Positions 60,025 through 64,000 of a stretch of 64,000 bases of DNA are shown here, piece by piece. The DNA is taken from positions 6,428 to 70,427 of the forward strand of contig CAYLJW010000004.1 in assembly GCA_964384155.1 (NCBI GenBank), given 5' to 3'. The stretch comes from an uncultured Ardenticatenaceae bacterium. Lineage in GTDB: Bacteria; Chloroflexota; Anaerolineae; Promineifilales; Promineifilaceae. Both the position numbers and the translations under genes were made by a program. The first letter of the stretch is position 1. Each line of letters starts with the position of its first letter. The notes under the pieces were generated by a model. The model was given only the letters and a program-made list of their open reading frames with translations. It was not told where the DNA came from and did no database searches.

Positions 60025-63000
60025 ATGGAACTTCATGACCCCAATGGTGCAGCGTTCTATCATGCTACGCTTGTAGATCTGCTGCGTTACCGCGCCCAGA
60101 ACCAGCCAGAGCGAGACGCCTATTGCTTCTTGCAGGACGGGGAAGAAGACGAAGAGTGGATCAGTTATAGCGAGCTCGATCGCCGCGCCCGCGGCATTGG
60201 CGCCTGGTTGCAAGAGATGGGCGCCGCGGGGGAGCGCGCGCTGCTGCTTTATCCCGCGGGCCTCGATTTTATCGCCGCCTATTTTGGCTGCCTGTATGCC
60301 GGCGTCACGGCTGTGCCGGTCTACCCGCCGCGCCTCAACCGGCCCTCGCCGCGCATTCAGGGCATCGTGGTCGACGCGCAGGCGCGCTTTGCGCTGACCA
60401 CGGCGCCGATCCTGGAAAAGCTAGAGCGGCGCTTCGAGCATATGCCCGAGCTGGCGCCCCTGCGCTGGCTGAACAGTGACAATTTGCCGCAGGGCCTTGA
60501 AGCGAGCTGGCGCGATCCCGGCGCGAGGCCGGAAACGCTGGCCTTTCTACAATACACCTCCGGCTCCACCAGCACGCCCAAGGGGGTGATGGTGAGCCAC
60601 GGCAACCTGATGCACAACCTGGAGATGATCCGGCGCGGCTTTATGATTAACCATCGCGCTTATGGCGTGTTCTGGCTGCCCAGCTACCACGACATGGGCC
60701 TCATCGGCGGTATTCTGGAGCCGATGTATGTAAATGGTCCTTCGGTGTTGATGGAGCCGGCGGCCTTCTTGCAGCGGCCGGCGCGCTGGCTGTGGGCGCT
60801 GTCGCGCTTCAAAGGGACGATCAGCGGCGCGCCCAACTTCGCCTACCAGATGTGCGTGGACAAGGTTACGCCCGAACAGTGCAAGGGCCTGGATCTGAGC
60901 CAGTGGGAAATCGCCTTTTGTGGCGCGGAGCCGATCCAGTATGACACGCTGCGCGCCTTTGCCGAGCGCTTTGCAGCTTATGGCTTCTCGTCCCAGGCCT
61001 TTTATCCCTGTTATGGGCTGGCCGAAGGGACGCTGCTGGCTGCCGGCGGCGACGGCACGGGCGTGCCCAGGCCGCTGATCATCAGCGGCAGCGCTTTGTC
61101 GCAAAACAAGGCCATAGAGGCGGCTGCGGGCGCGCCCGACGCGCAGGTTCTGGTTAGCTCAGGACACGCGCTGCTCGATCAGCGCATTGTGATCGTAGAT
61201 CCGCAGACGCGCACGGTTTGTGGGCCGGACGAAGTGGGCGAAATCTGGCTGGCCGGCGACAGCGTGGCGCAGGGCTATTGGGGCCGGCCGCAGAGCACGC
61301 GCGAGTTGTTCCAGGCTTACACGGCGGACAGCGCAGAAGGGCCCTTTTTGCGCAGCGGCGATCTGGGCTTCTTGCGTGACGGCGAGCTGTACATCACCGG
61401 ACGGGCCAAGGATTTAATCATCATCCGCGGGCGCAACCATTACCCGCAAGATATTGAACAAACGGTGGGCCAGGCGCACGAGGCGTTCGAGGTTGGTATG
61501 GGCGCCGCGTTTCCGGTGATGGTCGACGGCGAGGAACGGCTGGTGGTGGCCAATGAGCTAAAGCGCAGCCACCGCCGCGCCGACATTCAAGAGGTGGCGC
61601 AGGCCGCGCGCAAGGCCATTGCCGCGCAGCATGGCTTGCAGTTGCAGGCCATCGTGCTGCTTAAGCCACTGAGTATTCCACGCACGTCCAGCGGCAAGAT
61701 CAAGCGCCATGCCTGCCGCCAGGGTTTCCTGGAGAGCACGCTGGAGGTGATTGGCGAGTGGCGCGCTGGCGCGGGGCTGCCTGAAAGCCGCGACGGCGCC
61801 GTGGCAGCGCAGGCGACGCCTGAGGCTGCCCGGCACAAGGCGGTAGACGGCGGCGACGCTGCGCCCGGCGCGGCGGCCATTGCCGGCTGGCTGGTGCAAC
61901 GCCTGGCGGCGCAACTGCGCCTGCCGCCAGGGCAGATCGGCCATGACCGGCCGTTTGTGGAGTTCGGCCTGGACTCGGTGCAGGCGGTCAGCCTGACCGG
62001 CGAGCTGGAAAGCTGGCTGGGCCGGGCGCTGCCTACGACGTTAGTCTGGGACTACCCCACCATCCGTGACCTGGCGGCCTATCTGGCTCCTGCCGAACCT
62101 GAGCCGGCACAGCAAGCGATCGCGGCGCAGGCGGCGGCCCATGGGCCGATCGCCGTGGTTGGCCTTAGCTGCCGCTTTCCCGGCGCGCCGACGCCCGAAG
62201 CCTTTTGGCAGCTTTTGAGCGGCGGCATTGACGCCATTACGGAAGTGCCCGCCGAGCGCTGGGACGCGAACCGTTATTACAGCCCCGGTGAGGATGGCCC
62301 GGCGCCGGGCAAAATGAGCACGCGCTGGGGCGGCTTTGTCGAGGGCGTGGAGCAGTTCGATCCGCACTTTTTCAACATTGCGCCGCGCGAGGCGGAGCGC
62401 ATGGACCCGCAGCAGCGGCTGCTGCTGGAGATCGCCTGGGAGGCGCTGGAGCGCGCCGGGCAGCGGCCCTCGCAGCTTGCGGGCAGCCGCACGGGGGTTT
62501 TTGTGGGCATCAGCAGCTATGATTATTCGCGGCTGCAAATGTCTGACCCCAGCTATCTAGACGCCTACGCTGGCACGGGCAACGCGCACAGCGTGGCCGC
62601 CAACCGGCTGTCTTACACCTTCGATTTGCGCGGCCCCAGCGTGGCCGTAGACACGGCCTGCTCTTCGTCGTTGGTCGCCGTGCACATGGCTTTGCAGAGC
62701 CTGCGCAGCGGCGAGTCGGACCTGGCGTTTGCCGCCGGGGTGAACCTGATGCTGCGGCCTGAGCTTTCAATCACCTTTTCGCAGGCGCGCATGATGGCCG
62801 CCGACGGGCGCTGCAAGACGTTTGACGCCGCGGCCGACGGCTATGTGCGCGGCGAAGGGGCAGGCCTGGTGCTGCTCAAACGGCTGGAGGACGCCAGGCG
62901 CGACGGCGACCCTGTGCTGGCCGTGATTTACGGCGCGGCTGTGAACCAGGATGGGCGCAGCAACGGGCTCACAGCGCCCAACGGGCTGGCGCAGCAGGCG

Positions 63001-64000
63001 GTCATCCGCCAGGCGCTGCAAGATGCGGGCATCAGCGCCGCCGAGCTTACTTATGTGGAAGCGCACGGCACGGGCACGCCGCTGGGCGACCCCATCGAGG
63101 TGCACTCGCTGCGCGCGGTGCTGGAAGAGAGCGAGCGCCGGCCAGAGCGCACCTACCTGGGCTCGGTGAAAACAAACATTGGCCACCTGGAAGCAGCCGC
63201 GGGCATTGCCGGGCTGATTAAAGTGGTGCTGGCGCTGCAGCATGGCCAGATTCCCGCGCACTTGCATTTCAGTGAGCTCAACCCCTATATTGCACTCGAC
63301 GGCTCGCCGCTGGCGATTGCGGCGCAGGCGCAGGCGTGGCCTGCGGAGGACGGCCCGCGCTTTGCCGGCGTCAGCTCTTTTGGTTTTGGCGGCACGAACG
63401 CGCACGTCATCGTCGGCGACCCCGTGGCGCAGACGGTGGAAGAGGACCGCAGCCTGGTGGTGCAAGGCCAGGCCGGACCGGCCATTCTGCCGCTCTCGGC
63501 CAAGACAGAAGCGGCCCTGGTGGAGCTTGCGCGGGGTTATGAGCGGCTGCTGGCAGAGCACACGGAGCTGCCGCTGGCAGCCATCTGCCGGGCTGCGGCC
63601 ACGGGTCGCGATCATTGGCCTTACCGCCGCGCGCTGGTGGCAGCGGATCGTGCAGGTCTGCAGCAGAAGCTGCAAGAGCTGCGGGCGCTGGCCGGCGGTG
63701 CAAAGACCATCGCCGCGCCTCCGTCAATTGCCTTCCTGTTCACGGGGCAAGGCTCGCAGTTTGCAGGCATGGCGCGCACGCTTTACGAGACGCAGCCTGT
63801 GTTCCGTGAGGTCCTGGACCGCTGCGCGGCGATTCTGGCCGGCGAGCTGCCAGAGCCTTTGCTGGACGTCATTTTTGGCTGTGAGCAAAATGACCCGGCG
63901 CAGGCCATTCATGAAACGGCCTATACGCAGCCTGCTCTGTTTGCCGTGGAAGTGGCGCTTGCCGAGCTGTGGCGCTCGTGGGGTATCCGGCCGGCGATGG
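60025..64000 (+). CDS. type I polyketide synthase, N-terminal part: fatty acyl-AMP ligase (FAAL) - ACP - KS - start of AT (3' end outside window)
   Basis: Open frame from ATG 60025 to the window edge. Adenylation motifs LQYTSGSTSTPKGVMVSH and GDLGFLRDGELYITGRAKD. ACP FGLDSV (Ser codon about 61975). KS motifs DTACSSS (Cys codon 62659-62661), EAHGTGT, KTNIGH. AT motif FLFTGQGSQ near 63730. Confidence 0.9.
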   Translation, partial: MELHDPNGAAFYHATLVDLLRYRAQNQPERDAYCFLQDGEEDEEWISYSELDRRARGIGAWLQEMGAAGERALLLYPAGLDFIAAYFGCLYAGVTAVPVYPPRLNRPSPRIQGIVVDAQARFALTTAPILEKLERRFEHMPELAPLRWLNSDNLPQGLEASWRDPGARPETLAFLQYTSGSTSTPKGVMVSHGNLMHNLEMIRRGFMINHRAYGVFWLPSYHDMGLIGGILEPMYVNGPSVLMEPAAFLQRPARWLWALSRFKGTISGAPNFAYQMCVDKVTPEQCKGLDLSQWEIAFCGAEPIQYDTLRAFAERFAAYGFSSQAFYPCYGLAEGTLLAAGGDGTGVPRPLIISGSALSQNKAIEAAAGAPDAQVLVSSGHALLDQRIVIVDPQTRTVCGPDEVGEIWLAGDSVAQGYWGRPQSTRELFQAYTADSAEGPFLRSGDLGFLRDGELYITGRAKDLIIIRGRNHYPQDIEQTVGQAHEAFEVGMGAAFPVMVDGEERLVVANELKRSHRRADIQEVAQAARKAIAAQHGLQLQAIVLLKPLSIPRTSSGKIKRHACRQGFLESTLEVIGEWRAGAGLPESRDGAVAAQATPEAARHKAVDGGDAAPGAAAIAGWLVQRLAAQLRLPPGQIGHDRPFVEFGLDSVQAVSLTGELESWLGRALPTTLVWDYPTIRDLAAYLAPAEPEPAQQAIAAQAAAHGPIAVVGLSCRFPGAPTPEAFWQLLSGGIDAITEVPAERWDANRYYSPGEDGPAPGKMSTRWGGFVEGVEQFDPHFFNIAPREAERMDPQQRLLLEIAWEALERAGQRPSQLAGSRTGVFVGISSYDYSRLQMSDPSYLDAYAGTGNAHSVAANRLSYTFDLRGPSVAVDTACSSSLVAVHMALQSLRSGESDLAFAAGVNLMLRPELSITFSQARMMAADGRCKTFDAAADGYVRGEGAGLVLLKRLEDARRDGDPVLAVIYGAAVNQDGRSNGLTAPNGLAQQAVIRQALQDAGISAAELTYVEAHGTGTPLGDPIEVHSLRAVLEESERRPERTYLGSVKTNIGHLEAAAGIAGLIKVVLALQHGQIPAHLHFSELNPYIALDGSPLAIAAQAQAWPAEDGPRFAGVSSFGFGGTNAHVIVGDPVAQTVEEDRSLVVQGQAGPAILPLSAKTEAALVELARGYERLLAEHTELPLAAICRAAATGRDHWPYRRALVAADRAGLQQKLQELRALAGGAKTIAAPPSIAFLFTGQGSQFAGMARTLYETQPVFREVLDRCAAILAGELPEPLLDVIFGCEQNDPAQAIHETAYTQPALFAVEVALAELWRSWGIRPAM

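Noticed and set aside
62767-63675. 302-aa minus-strand ORF within the PKS KS domain region
   Set aside because: The plus-strand frame carries canonical KS motifs (DTACSSS, EAHGTGT, KTNIGH). The antisense ORF is an Arg/Ala-rich artefact.

Overview
High-GC bacterial chromosomal segment. The protein repertoire looks Chloroflexota-like (secreted NHL, PA14 and SH3b proteins, many ECF sigma/anti-sigma pairs, Hanks kinase plus FHA signalling), but this is inference only. Most of the window is core metabolism: pyrE (partial), glnA followed by a GAF histidine kinase and an ANTAR response regulator, pyrC-pyrB, pyrF, fhs and pheA. A 10-gene branched-chain amino-acid operon, ilvD-ilvB-ilvN-ilvC-leuA-leuC-leuD-cimA-leuB-ilvE-like, spans 20.6-33.2 kb. 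The second half holds a DASS transporter, a REC-flavoprotein fusion convergent with a cNMP-domain histidine kinase, ROK kinase, a Mop-type molybdo-aldehyde oxidoreductase, yggX and an ATP-grasp enzyme. It also holds two tandem ECF sigma/anti-sigma modules, an AraC regulator, and a minus-strand cluster of 4xFHA-ABC exporter, lipoprotein, Ser/Thr kinase and PA14/SH3b protein. The window ends in the 5' part of a FAAL-ACP-KS-AT polyketide synthase. I saw no rRNA, tRNA, CRISPR, transposase or integrase. I could not identify a clear-cut new multi-gene system such as a defence island. The most interesting signal is regulatory. Three biosynthetic units (ilv-leu, pyrCB, glnA) each carry a sigma70-like promoter, a short leader ORF and an intrinsic terminator placed just upstream of the first gene's RBS. 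The ilv leader encodes an Ile/Leu/Val-rich peptide with a recognisable terminator/antiterminator alternative. The pyr leader ORF reads through the terminator and ends in a GTGA overlap with the pyrC start, as in the E. coli pyrBI design. The glnA leader sits in cis to the ANTAR two-component pair. Other oddities are listed under findings: an ECF-sigma/ABC-ATPase chimeric ORF, a RelE/ParE toxin with an in-frame TAG, an orphan two-gene cassette encoding a triple zinc-ribbon-repeat protein, a response-regulator flavoprotein lacking both redox CxxC motifs, and a 44-bp tandem repeat ahead of araC. All calls come from reading the sequence and ORF translations; no database search was possible.
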